Shown here piece by piece: positions 17,801-25,979 of a stretch of 64,000 bases of DNA; position 1 is the first letter of the stretch, and the number at the start of each line of letters is the position of its first letter. The stretch is from a virus (taxonomy: Duplodnaviria; Caudoviricetes). Under the pieces are notes generated by a model, which saw nothing but the letters and a program-made list of their open reading frames with translations, had not been told where the DNA came from and searched no databases. The stretch lies in the IMG/VR virus record IMGVR_UViG_3300022723_000184, positions 32,001 through 96,000 of that record, one strand, 5' to 3'. The translations under genes were made by a program, and so were the position numbers.

Positions 17801-20800
17801 CGGCAGCTTCTAGGGTTGCGGTGGGGCGTCTGGGGTTCGTCGGTTATATCTTCCACGAAGAAGCGTGCTGATGGTGATGAGTACGCCCCTAACTGGCGGT
17901 TTACGGTTAATCGCAGAGACGATGTTAATCTTCTTCGTTCTATTCTTCCTGTCGCTGGCGTGAAACGTGGTCGGCTAGACTCGCTGTTATCGAAGTGGAA
18001 CTCGAAACGGCGTTCGGCAAGAGGCGCGCCTAGAGTCAAGGGTCGGTGTACTCGTATTTCATTGGAACGGGTCGGCGAGTTGCCGACATACGACCTGTAC
18101 ATCGCACACCCTGATCACCTTTTCGTGTTGGCCAACGGACTGGTTGTTTCCAACTCCGAGCCCCTGAGTCAGGCTCAGCTTTGCCTTGCAGCAGGGACTC
18201 TAGTGCGGATGGCCGACTGGACGGTGAAACGGATCGAGCAGGTCCGGGCTGACGAACAAATCATGGGAGCCGACAAATCCGGGCGGCTGTTTCCGGTGCG
18301 CGTTGTCCGGGTCTACGACAACGGAGAGCGGGAGTGTGTTCGGACGGTATTCCGGGAAGCCAAAACGAAGCAACACGTCGATCTGGTCAGCACCGGAGAC
18401 CACAAACTCTTGTCCAAGACAAGGCATTGGGCGATACCGTCCGAGCGAGTGGAACACGGCGTGTTTCCGGTCGCCCGGAAATGTGTTGGCTACTCGGCCA
18501 AGATGCCGTTCGCGGTCGTAAACGATCACGGCTGTGCAGAACCGTTTGCCGGCCTGTGCGGTCTGCTGCTGGGTGATGGAGGGTATACTGTCAGCGTTCA
18601 CGGGGTTCACTGGTCTTGTTTCGAGCCGGACCTGGTGGAAGAGATGCAGCCTTACCTGGCAGGACTGGGTTTGAAGGCTACGAAGCTCCAAGGGCACGAA
18701 GGGCACGAAGGCTATTACCGAATCAGCCAGGTCGAAGACGCGATTCGGCAAGACCCGGAGACCGGACGAGTGCTGCCCGGAGACCGTAATCCGGCACTGA
18801 TCTGGTTGAAGCAGCACCGGATGTACGGCAAGTACGCACACGAGAAAGAGATTCCCGAGGAGATTTGGAGTTGGGACCAAAACTCGGTTGCACGATTGCT
18901 GGGCTGCCTGTTTGCGACAGACGGTAGCGTTTATCCGCCGACGCAGCGACCCGATGAACTCTATATCAACTTCAGCTCAACTTCTTTGGAGCTTGCGAAG
19001 CAGGTCAAGGAACTAATTCAGGTCCGCTTTGCGATTCATAGCTCGTCGATCGGAAGCCACAAGGGAAAACGCAAGCGGAAGCTTTATTCGTTCACGATCA
19101 CCCGCAAAGAACAGGTCAGACGGTTCGCGTCTCGGATCGCGGTTCCGGCGCGTAAAGGACAGATGCTGGCCGACTATCTGCCAAAACTCCAGGAAGACGA
19201 GTCCACCGAGTATTTCCATCGCCAGCGGCAGGAACCCGTGGGCACGGTTGCGACATACGATCTCGAAGTCGACCATCCGGACCATCTTTTCGTGCTGGCC
19301 AACGGTCTGATTGTTTCTAACTCGGCCAAGCACTCGGGCGGCGTGGCCGGCAGCGAGAAGGCGGTCTCCGGGTTCGACTACATCAACCAGCTGATCCAGG
19401 TGCCCAAGAAGTTCAAGGGTGGTGCGGCCCATGCCCAGGTCGACGGCATCGTGAGCCGGATCGAAGAGGCTCCGGCCGGTGGCAAGTACGTCGTGATCAA
19501 TAACGAGAAGCACTACGTCGGTCCGGACTTCTCGTTGAAGGTTAAGCGAGGCGACGAGATTGAGGCGGGCGACGTCCTGAGCGAGGGCATCCCGAACCCG
19601 TCGGAGGTCGTGCGCCACAAGGGCGTTGGCGAAGGTCGGCGGTACTTCACCCAGGCCTTCCGCCAGGCGATGCATGAAGCTGGGATACACGCCAGCCGCC
19701 GCAACGTGGAACTGTTGGGTCGGGGCCTGATCGACCATGTGCGGATGACGGATGAGTACGATCAGTACGTCCCGGACGATGTGGTACCCTACAGTGCACT
19801 GGAGCACCGGTGGCAACCCCGGGAAGGGAGCCGCCGGGTCCCGTACAAGCAGGCGGTTGGCAAGTACCTGGAGCGTCCGGTCCTCCACTACACGATCGGC
19901 ACGAAGATCCGGAAATCGATGCTCAAGGACTTCGAGGACTTCGGGGTCGAGGAGCTGGAGACCCATGACGAGCCGCCGCCGTTCGAGCCCGAGATGATCC
20001 GGGGCATGTACTCGGTCCAACACGATCCCGACTGGATGACCAGGATGTACGGCTCAGGCCAGAAGAAGAGCTTGCTGAGTGCCGTGCACCGTGGCGGGAC
20101 CAGTGACGAGCTGGGCACCTCGTTCGTCCCGGGCCTGGCCCGTGGCGTCGACTTCGGCCGGCAGGGCCTGGTCACGCCGCCCGCCCCACCCCAGAAGATG
20201 GGCAGCGACATGCAGAAGGAAGCGGAGGGCATGTGGGGAACCGGGGCCATCCCGGGCTCACCCAACTTCAACCTGCAGCAGCAGGCCCGCCAGTCGTACA
20301 ACGTCGGCAACAGCATGCTCAGCAGTATGCGTGGCGGCGGTGGCGTGGGTCCGGCAACGGCCGGCGACGCCAACCGGTTCCGACAGTACCTCTCGTCTTT
20401 CGCCGCTGCCCCCGGCCCCACCGGGGCACCTGCCGGTCAGGCTGCTGCGTCCGTGGCCCGCCCGGCGGCTGCTACGGCCGGCAGTGCCGCGACCGGCAAC
20501 GGCCTGACCACCGCCGACTGGCACGCGTGGAGTGCTGGACCGATGGGGGCGGGCGCCGCGACCAAGGCCGGGACCCGTCCGCTGGCCGCTGCTGCCCTGC
20601 GGTACGCACCGGCCGTGGCCAAGGCCCCGGGCATCCGCAACCTGGTGGGCGCTATGGCCCGGCCCTCGGCCGCCGCCCAGGCGTTGAGCGGGGTGAAGCC
20701 GCAGATGCCGGGCACCGTCTCGAAGTGGCTGCGGCCCGGCTACCACCAGTACGCGACCAAGGTCCTGGGTCAGTCCCACAACCTGGCTCAGGGTGCCGGC

Positions 20801-21604
20801 AAGTTCGGGCGGTTCGCGGGCAAGGCTGGGCGACTCGCTGGTCCGTTGGGCCTGGCGGTCGCCCCGCTGGAGTTCGGGATCCGTGGCGGCAGCGAGCTTT
20901 ACGACATGGCCACGGGTCAGGACACCTTCGGGAACATGGTCGACCAGCGGCTGCGGGACGCTGGCAACTGGCAGGGGCCGACGGGTTATGCGGGCGCCGT
21001 GCTCAACACACCGTTCAGTCCGTCGAGCGTGGCGGCCTTGGGCAAAGCCAAATACGACCTGGCGATGGCCCCCATCCAATCGTTTGCCCAACGACGCCAA
21101 TCGCTGGCCGCGGGCAACCGGCTCAACGAGCAGCTGGCCGAGAACCGCGAGGCGGCGGGTGGCGTCGACGAGCTGCTGCAGCACGCTCCGAAGGACATCG
21201 CCAGCCGGTACGCCCGGAAATACGTGGACGACACGCCCTGGTACGGTCTGGGCGGGTTCAATCCGTTCGTGAACGATCAGGGCCGCATGACGTGGGTCGA
21301 CAAGGGGACCGGCGAGGAAGCTGGTTCCGGGGCCATGCAGGCGATCGAGCAGGTCAAACAGCAGAACCAAGATCGTGAAGCGGCACAGGAGGCCGCGAGG
21401 TACGCGAGGCAAAAACCGCAGCAGGCCGCGGTGGTCCAGGCGAAACCGGCTGCTCCGGCACCCGCTCAAGAGGCCCGTGCGGCGTCGCTCCTCGGCAACC
21501 CGATCTACCGACAAGTGCTCAGCCAGGTCAGCGCCCAGAGCCCGGAAATGGGAGCGATGCTCCTGCTGTCAGGTGCCGATCCGTCTCATCTTATGGGCCG
21601 ATGA
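14858..21604 (+). CDS. rpoC: RNAP beta' C-terminal half with 3 inteins and a ~460-aa Ala/Gly-rich C-terminal extension
   Basis: GSGRGNPMNL, SYSEGLSPAEYW, YGARKGVM|STKFATQEAGFLSKQL (bridge helix), ILVRSP, NIGLAAAQAL|SEPLSQAQL|SAKHSGG (trigger loop), GDVLSEG; RBS CACGGAGG. Confidence 0.92.
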   Translation: MKATVGQLLVNDALPEDMRDYQMVLDKKGVRNLMADLARKHPEDYREVSHKLSQIGWRSAQESGGYSFGLEHMLKSKTGRETRQRIQKKINEILADDRLTDEQREQLILKHIGKEREAMQSGIFDEARAAKNPLAMQVLGSGRGNPMNLSSLLGSDLLYTDQRDRLIPIPVLRSYSEGLSPAEYWAGTYGARKGVMCLAKGTQVLMADYTDKPIEKVKPGDWVMGSDRQGRMTPVRVIRRYYNGVQPCYRYRFRKNSCRLPSSHRTLVATEKHKVLATVKAGRPGSTYAHRSIYVPTPLPLEAARLLKNPVKNEYVATPAAGEAGEQSRVREPSALLYGLMLGDGCMAESTRGRYLLSCNDPLLLDDLREYISLFDVFLDKAGGDNYNYTLAGDGGAAVAVDLKTRLGEKLAHDKELPEGCFAWDDVSVGQLLGGLFSTDGSITGRNGNATIKLTLSSRRMVEQVQRLLELRLGIWSGGLIFTAKEKKKNATHDQWGFAVSHAASVARFFARVPLYGKKRVQAKRIAATMKPDHSNGSPGFKIYDREPAGEIATYDLEVDHPDHLFVLSSGLVVSNSTKFATQEAGFLSKQLNQMGHRLVVTDEDGDGEPDSLRGLPVDVDDPDSAGSLLAHDAGGYKRNTVITPKILHNLRRQGLKRILVRSPTVGGSPEGGIYSRDAGVREKGGLPGRGENIGLAAAQALCLSGGTRVQMANGEVKAVEDVKPGDVVLGCSVDGVLRPVPVLDACFSGIKSCVKALFRRGTGKAAKDNLLELVATPEHKILSEIVVRSGRGSVKRVPYFDPVAVRPLGTKIPHEKRSGGDRFCAKLASSFDDTGLGVQPLAFLLGLVIGDGCYSGSANCVGFSCYDPVLAADVGAYLKPLNFEIKNNTDNEYRVVDTTHRQVKRREDGSWYRSRLIELLRVEGMFGQTSSIKTLPKSVHSWDNASVAALIAGLLVTDGYVISTGGLGFGSNSKCLLDGVRQLLGLRWGVWGSSVISSTKKRADGDEYAPNWRFTVNRRDDVNLLRSILPVAGVKRGRLDSLLSKWNSKRRSARGAPRVKGRCTRISLERVGELPTYDLYIAHPDHLFVLANGLVVSNSEPLSQAQLCLAAGTLVRMADWTVKRIEQVRADEQIMGADKSGRLFPVRVVRVYDNGERECVRTVFREAKTKQHVDLVSTGDHKLLSKTRHWAIPSERVEHGVFPVARKCVGYSAKMPFAVVNDHGCAEPFAGLCGLLLGDGGYTVSVHGVHWSCFEPDLVEEMQPYLAGLGLKATKLQGHEGHEGYYRISQVEDAIRQDPETGRVLPGDRNPALIWLKQHRMYGKYAHEKEIPEEIWSWDQNSVARLLGCLFATDGSVYPPTQRPDELYINFSSTSLELAKQVKELIQVRFAIHSSSIGSHKGKRKRKLYSFTITRKEQVRRFASRIAVPARKGQMLADYLPKLQEDESTEYFHRQRQEPVGTVATYDLEVDHPDHLFVLANGLIVSNSAKHSGGVAGSEKAVSGFDYINQLIQVPKKFKGGAAHAQVDGIVSRIEEAPAGGKYVVINNEKHYVGPDFSLKVKRGDEIEAGDVLSEGIPNPSEVVRHKGVGEGRRYFTQAFRQAMHEAGIHASRRNVELLGRGLIDHVRMTDEYDQYVPDDVVPYSALEHRWQPREGSRRVPYKQAVGKYLERPVLHYTIGTKIRKSMLKDFEDFGVEELETHDEPPPFEPEMIRGMYSVQHDPDWMTRMYGSGQKKSLLSAVHRGGTSDELGTSFVPGLARGVDFGRQGLVTPPAPPQKMGSDMQKEAEGMWGTGAIPGSPNFNLQQQARQSYNVGNSMLSSMRGGGGVGPATAGDANRFRQYLSSFAAAPGPTGAPAGQAAASVARPAAATAGSAATGNGLTTADWHAWSAGPMGAGAATKAGTRPLAAAALRYAPAVAKAPGIRNLVGAMARPSAAAQALSGVKPQMPGTVSKWLRPGYHQYATKVLGQSHNLAQGAGKFGRFAGKAGRLAGPLGLAVAPLEFGIRGGSELYDMATGQDTFGNMVDQRLRDAGNWQGPTGYAGAVLNTPFSPSSVAALGKAKYDLAMAPIQSFAQRRQSLAAGNRLNEQLAENREAAGGVDELLQHAPKDIASRYARKYVDDTPWYGLGGFNPFVNDQGRMTWVDKGTGEEAGSGAMQAIEQVKQQNQDREAAQEAARYARQKPQQAAVVQAKPAAPAPAQEARAASLLGNPIYRQVLSQVSAQSPEMGAMLLLSGADPSHLMGR
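15446..16585 (+). mobile_element. Intein 7 in beta'C (380 aa, LAGLIDADG)
   Basis: CLAKGTQV...TYDLEVDHPDHLFVLSSGLVVSN followed by +1 Ser; motifs GLMLGDG and GLFSTDG. Confidence 0.9.
16964..18154 (+). mobile_element. Intein 8 in beta'C (397 aa, LAGLIDADG)
   Basis: CLSGGTRV...TYDLYIAHPDHLFVLANGLVVSN followed by +1 Ser; motifs GLVIGDG and GLLVTDG. Confidence 0.9.
18182..19321 (+). mobile_element. Intein 9 in beta'C (380 aa, LAGLIDADG)
   Basis: CLAAGTLV...TYDLEVDHPDHLFVLANGLIVSN followed by +1 Ser; motifs GLLLGDG and CLFATDG. Confidence 0.9.
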
Positions 21605-21652
21605 GCAGGCATTGCGATCTCGGTCAGTGTACCCTCAAAAGCACTTTCGAAA
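21583..21652 (+). repeat. Direct repeat copy 2
   Basis: GTCTCATCTT-ATGG-GCCGATGAGCAGGCATTGCG-ATCT-CGGTCAGTGTACCCTCAAAAGCACTTTCGAA matches copy 1. Confidence 0.85.
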
Positions 21653-21686
21653 AGACGTATGCCGACGCAAAGCCCCGAAGTAGAGC

Positions 21687-21716
21687 TTGGCAATCGTTTC
21701 AGAGCGGGTTTATAAT
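21687..21716 (+). promoter_or_regulatory. Sigma70-like promoter TTGGCA-18-TATAAT
   Basis: Perfect -10 hexamer in an intergenic region of a GC-rich genome, upstream of AGGAG and ATG 21747. Confidence 0.55.
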
Positions 21717-21746
21717 CGCTGAGACGGACAAAATCAGGAGAGCGGC

Positions 21747-24284
21747 ATGGAAGCGACGGCTCAACTTGGCAAGGTAGCCAGCCGTGAGGACTTGGAGCGC
21801 CTGAAGAAGGCTTGTCTCAAGTTCAATCCGAACGAGAAAATGGCGAGCTTGGGTGGTGAGCAGGAGGCCGGCTTCGAGCAGGCGTTCAGCTCGCTGGCCT
21901 ACGCCTACCTCAAGGACAAGGCTCCCCGTCTGCTCGATTACATCGTCGGGTTCCAGCTCGTCGATCGCAACGAGGACAACACCAAGGCCATGGGCGTCTT
22001 CGGGTTCAAGATCGGAGAGCGGTGGCTCTACGCCCCGGTTTTCTTCCTGAACGGCGACCTGAAGGGGCACGAGCTGCTGTACGTTAAGCGGCAGGACATG
22101 TTCGTGCCTATGAAGGAGAACTGGGTCAACTACCTGATGGCCAAAAAGCCGCACACCTTAGGCGAGCGGTCGCCTAAGGACACGTTCCAGCTCGGCGGTA
22201 TGGCCCCGAACATCGAGCAATTGGCGTGGCCCCCGGAGCAAAGCAAGTTCGGGTCCGACCGCGGTGGTCGTCGGATTGCTGACTGGGCCCAGGGCGTCAT
22301 GCCCATGATCGGGGCCGGCGCCACGAAGAAGGCCCGGTTCATGTACCGCGGTCAGGAGTGGGGCCGAGGCCTGCTACTCGACAAGGTCGCTAGCAGGCCG
22401 ATGCATGCGGCGATGGCCGGCATCAAGCTCGACTTGCCCGGACTGCTCCGGTCCAACGTCCACATCGCGAAGCGTGCCCACATGTTGTCGCAGACCTACC
22501 CCGGCATCAAGAAGGCCTTCGATCGGTTCTACGGTAAGGACTTCTTCAAGGACGTGGCCCTCGACATCAAGAAGGCCTACGACCGCGAGCAGAAGAACAT
22601 CGTCCCCCGCACCAAGAAGGCGGCGGCACCCGCACGCGGCAAGTTCCTGATCCCCGAGGAGCAGGAGAAGAAGGCCGCCGGCCCGCCGGTCAAGGTCATC
22701 ACCCGCGACGACGTGGCCACGGTCCAGAACCTGCCTGACCTGACGGAAGAGGAGCGGCGAAAACTGCTCAACGACGGTGTGCTCATTGTCGACCGCCGGA
22801 AGGGTGACGAGGTCAGTGTCTCGTACAACACGCAGGCCTCGCCGCAGCGGCTGGTGAATCCGGCGGAGACAGGGCTCTACGACATCCTGGAGAAACCGGC
22901 CGAGTGGAACGAGTTCCTCGTGATCTCGAACCCCTACTCCAACCGTCGGCAGCACAACGCCGTGGTCGCCGTGCGTCTGGCCGACGGCGGCAACCAGGCC
23001 TGGCAGTGCATCAGCCGCCAGGCCCTGTGGTCTCGCCACGCCTCGACCCGCGAGGACTTCCAGAAGTGGTTCGACGGCCTGGACGACAAGGAGACGCTGC
23101 AGAAGGGCGGCACGTACCTGGCGATCGGTGAGCGTGGTCAGGGCACCGTCCCGTTCAAGGTCACCGCGGTCTACGACGACGGCTGCTACAAGGTCAACTT
23201 CCTGGACAACTTCCAGCATGGCCCCAAGCACCCCGGCGATCTGTCGCACACGTTCTACGACGACTTCAACAACCACGACGGCGGCTACGTTTCGTCGTAT
23301 GGCGCCAAGCTGTTCATCAACAAGCGTCCCGACGCCGAGATCCGGGCGATTGCCGGCGAGCTGCACATCCCAGACAAGTGCAAGATCATCCAGCTCAAGA
23401 GCCCGCCCAGACCCCGAAAGGCCGAGAACAATATTGTTACCGAGGTCGGCTCAGACGAGTACGAACCGGGCGCCAGCGACCCGCCGCCGATCAAGCCCGG
23501 CAACATCGCAGACATCCAGCTGAGCTTCACGCAGAAGACGGCTCGGATGAAGATCTACGCCGACCACAACGAGGTGACGATTACCACCGAGAAGACGGGC
23601 AGCGACCGGATGAGCGCCCGCCAAGGTCTGATCGAGCTGGTGCGTCGCCACGGCCTGGCCGAGAAGCAGGCCCGGGAGATGCTCAAGCAGGCCCAGACCA
23701 AGGGCAGCAGGATCTTCCGCATCAAGTACGCGATGCCCTTCCCGTTCGCCGAGACGGTGGGCGCTGGTCCCGGCAGCCCGCAGTTCCCGGCCCCCGAGAT
23801 GGGCAGTGAGCAGCGAGGCTACGGCAGCACTCCGGCCATCTACCCGCAGGAAGAGTTCATCCCGGTCGAAGGGCTGCAGTCGGACATGACCGATCCGCAG
23901 ATTTACGATCCGTTCATGATGCCCGATCCGCACGCGGTTAGCATGGCCGAGCAGGCCGGGGCCTCGGGGCAGAAGGAAGTGTTCGACGTCGGCATGATCA
24001 GCGGCCTGCTCAAGGCCGTGCGACAGGACAGCCTGGTCGACCGGTACCTCGGCGACCTCATGAAGGCCCTGGACCGTCTGGGGCGCATGCTGTTCCTGTT
24101 CTACTGGCACCAGGAGGAGTTCGAGGACCGCTACGGCAAGGCCGACTTGCCGGAGCTGGAGGACTCCATCCGCAACGCGTTCGAGACGCTCGGTGACGTG
24201 ACGCTCTTCCTCAAGGAGAAGACGATCGGCGCCGGCCGGGACGAGCTTGGCGATCCTTCGATCGAGGAAGCAGCGAGGAACTAA
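21747..24284 (+). CDS. Large hypothetical (probable virion head) protein, 845 aa
   Basis: Several K-x-A motifs (GKVAS, EKMAS, DKVAS, TKKAA, EKKAA, QKTAR). Confidence 0.8.
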   Translation: MEATAQLGKVASREDLERLKKACLKFNPNEKMASLGGEQEAGFEQAFSSLAYAYLKDKAPRLLDYIVGFQLVDRNEDNTKAMGVFGFKIGERWLYAPVFFLNGDLKGHELLYVKRQDMFVPMKENWVNYLMAKKPHTLGERSPKDTFQLGGMAPNIEQLAWPPEQSKFGSDRGGRRIADWAQGVMPMIGAGATKKARFMYRGQEWGRGLLLDKVASRPMHAAMAGIKLDLPGLLRSNVHIAKRAHMLSQTYPGIKKAFDRFYGKDFFKDVALDIKKAYDREQKNIVPRTKKAAAPARGKFLIPEEQEKKAAGPPVKVITRDDVATVQNLPDLTEEERRKLLNDGVLIVDRRKGDEVSVSYNTQASPQRLVNPAETGLYDILEKPAEWNEFLVISNPYSNRRQHNAVVAVRLADGGNQAWQCISRQALWSRHASTREDFQKWFDGLDDKETLQKGGTYLAIGERGQGTVPFKVTAVYDDGCYKVNFLDNFQHGPKHPGDLSHTFYDDFNNHDGGYVSSYGAKLFINKRPDAEIRAIAGELHIPDKCKIIQLKSPPRPRKAENNIVTEVGSDEYEPGASDPPPIKPGNIADIQLSFTQKTARMKIYADHNEVTITTEKTGSDRMSARQGLIELVRRHGLAEKQAREMLKQAQTKGSRIFRIKYAMPFPFAETVGAGPGSPQFPAPEMGSEQRGYGSTPAIYPQEEFIPVEGLQSDMTDPQIYDPFMMPDPHAVSMAEQAGASGQKEVFDVGMISGLLKAVRQDSLVDRYLGDLMKALDRLGRMLFLFYWHQEEFEDRYGKADLPELEDSIRNAFETLGDVTLFLKEKTIGAGRDELGDPSIEEAARN

Positions 24285-24287
24285 ACC

Positions 24288-24917
24288 ATGGCGACGCCAT
24301 ACGAACGCGAGTTTTACGAAGCATGGACCGCGGGCGAGGTCAAGGCCCTGGACTTCCCCGGCCGGTGCGAGATCACCAAGATCGCCATCGTCCGGATCGG
24401 GACCGGGGCGATCGCTGCGGACATCTACAACCGCCTGTTCGAGGGCCCGACGCACGACGTCTTCGAGATCGTCGACGACGGCAGCGGCAACGTCCAGATC
24501 AACCTGGCGGCCGGCGCCGCGGACCTCGACGACGTGAAGGTCGGCGACGTCCTGGAGGTGGCTGGCAGCTCGGTCGGTGGCTACAACGTCGCCACCCACC
24601 GCATCACGTCGATTGCCGAAGACCTTCGGTCGGTCGTGACCAGCGAGTCGTTCACCTCGGTGGGCACCGGCGGTACGGTGAAGCTCAACATCCCGACCGC
24701 CGAGCAGCCGGCGTACCAGGTGATGCCGCAGATCACGGGCACGGACAGCGTGCTGACCATTCCGCCGGGCACCGGCGACCGGGTCATCTATGTGAACCAG
24801 GACCCGCTGCCCAACGTGAACATCGGCGTCAACCGCAAGCTCTACCTGAAGATGGCCGACGCCGGCACATACCGCGTGCTGGTCAGTGCCGGCCTCAGCG
24901 TGGCGGGTGAGGGCTAA
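24288..24917 (+). CDS. Beta-rich putative virion structural protein, 209 aa
   Basis: VKVGDVLEVAGSSVGGYNVATHRITSI resembles small beta-barrel modules of phage structural proteins. Confidence 0.7.
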   Translation: MATPYEREFYEAWTAGEVKALDFPGRCEITKIAIVRIGTGAIAADIYNRLFEGPTHDVFEIVDDGSGNVQINLAAGAADLDDVKVGDVLEVAGSSVGGYNVATHRITSIAEDLRSVVTSESFTSVGTGGTVKLNIPTAEQPAYQVMPQITGTDSVLTIPPGTGDRVIYVNQDPLPNVNIGVNRKLYLKMADAGTYRVLVSAGLSVAGEG

Positions 24918-24929
24918 GCAGACCACCGC

Positions 24930-25979
24930 ATGCAACACATCGGCTTCAACAAGTTCCACCCCTTCCGTGAGCCGGACTGGCGTTACAAGCGAGTCCTGCA
25001 AATGGTTGACACGTTGGGTAACCCCGGTCGGTCGACGAAGCACGACGACGACTGGGTGCGTGGTCTGCGCAACTTCATCCTGCGGTACCGCAACGGAACG
25101 CGTGAAGCCCGCCGGCGGCTGTCGTACGAGAACCACGACCTCTACTTCGCCTGGACCATCCACGAGCGGGCGGACGACGACTTCGAGACGGCGTTCATGA
25201 TCGAGGCCAGGCTTCTGGCCCAACAGTCGTCCGAGGACATCGCCAAGGAGTGCCACACGCTCCCCGGGGCGATCGACTGGTACGAGGCCCTGTTCTTCAA
25301 CGTCCGTGACCGGATCCACGCACACGACTGGATCCTGAAGCACGTGCTGATGAAGGCCATCTCGCAGAGTGCCGAGCGCCTCAAGGAGGAGGGCGGCGCC
25401 GAGGCCCGATTCACACGAGCACCGTTGTCTGAGCCGTTCTGGGATTCGAGCCTGAAGTTCATGGGCTACTTCGGCGGCCCGATCATGATCGACTTCATGC
25501 TCACCGGCTACCGCCGCGGCGTGCACGCCAACAGCATGGACGACGTCTCGAACTGGCTGACCGATTACGTGGCCCACCAGGTCCACCGCCGGACGGGCAT
25601 GGCTGTTGGCCACTTCGAGGTCAACAAGTACAACGTCCTGGAGCTGGTCGGGCACCACACGCAGCTGGTGCAGCTGCAGAAGGCTCTGGCCGACCAGGGC
25701 GGTGCCCAGAACACGTTCGAGAAGAACGTCGAGCAGTTCCTGTCCGACATCCCGTGGAGCGTGGGCAAGGACGGGGCCACCAACTTCCAGGGGACCCCGG
25801 TCGCCGAGTTCGACGGGGGTGCGGCGGAACTACGAGACGACGAGTTGTTGCTGCTGTCCTCGGGCGAGTCTGCCGATACAATCAGCAAGGAAGTGGCGTC
25901 GATGAGCTTGCCGGCTGCCAAGCCGATGGAAAAGCGTGGTCAGGAGGACCAAGATGCAGACCCTCAGCAAGGAGCGTGA
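24930..25979 (+). CDS. Hypothetical alpha-helical protein, 349 aa, possible HTH
   Basis: Coding-like codon usage; the segment LLAQQSSEDIAKECHTLPGAIDWY is HTH-like. Confidence 0.75.
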   Translation: MQHIGFNKFHPFREPDWRYKRVLQMVDTLGNPGRSTKHDDDWVRGLRNFILRYRNGTREARRRLSYENHDLYFAWTIHERADDDFETAFMIEARLLAQQSSEDIAKECHTLPGAIDWYEALFFNVRDRIHAHDWILKHVLMKAISQSAERLKEEGGAEARFTRAPLSEPFWDSSLKFMGYFGGPIMIDFMLTGYRRGVHANSMDDVSNWLTDYVAHQVHRRTGMAVGHFEVNKYNVLELVGHHTQLVQLQKALADQGGAQNTFEKNVEQFLSDIPWSVGKDGATNFQGTPVAEFDGGAAELRDDELLLLSSGESADTISKEVASMSLPAAKPMEKRGQEDQDADPQQGA

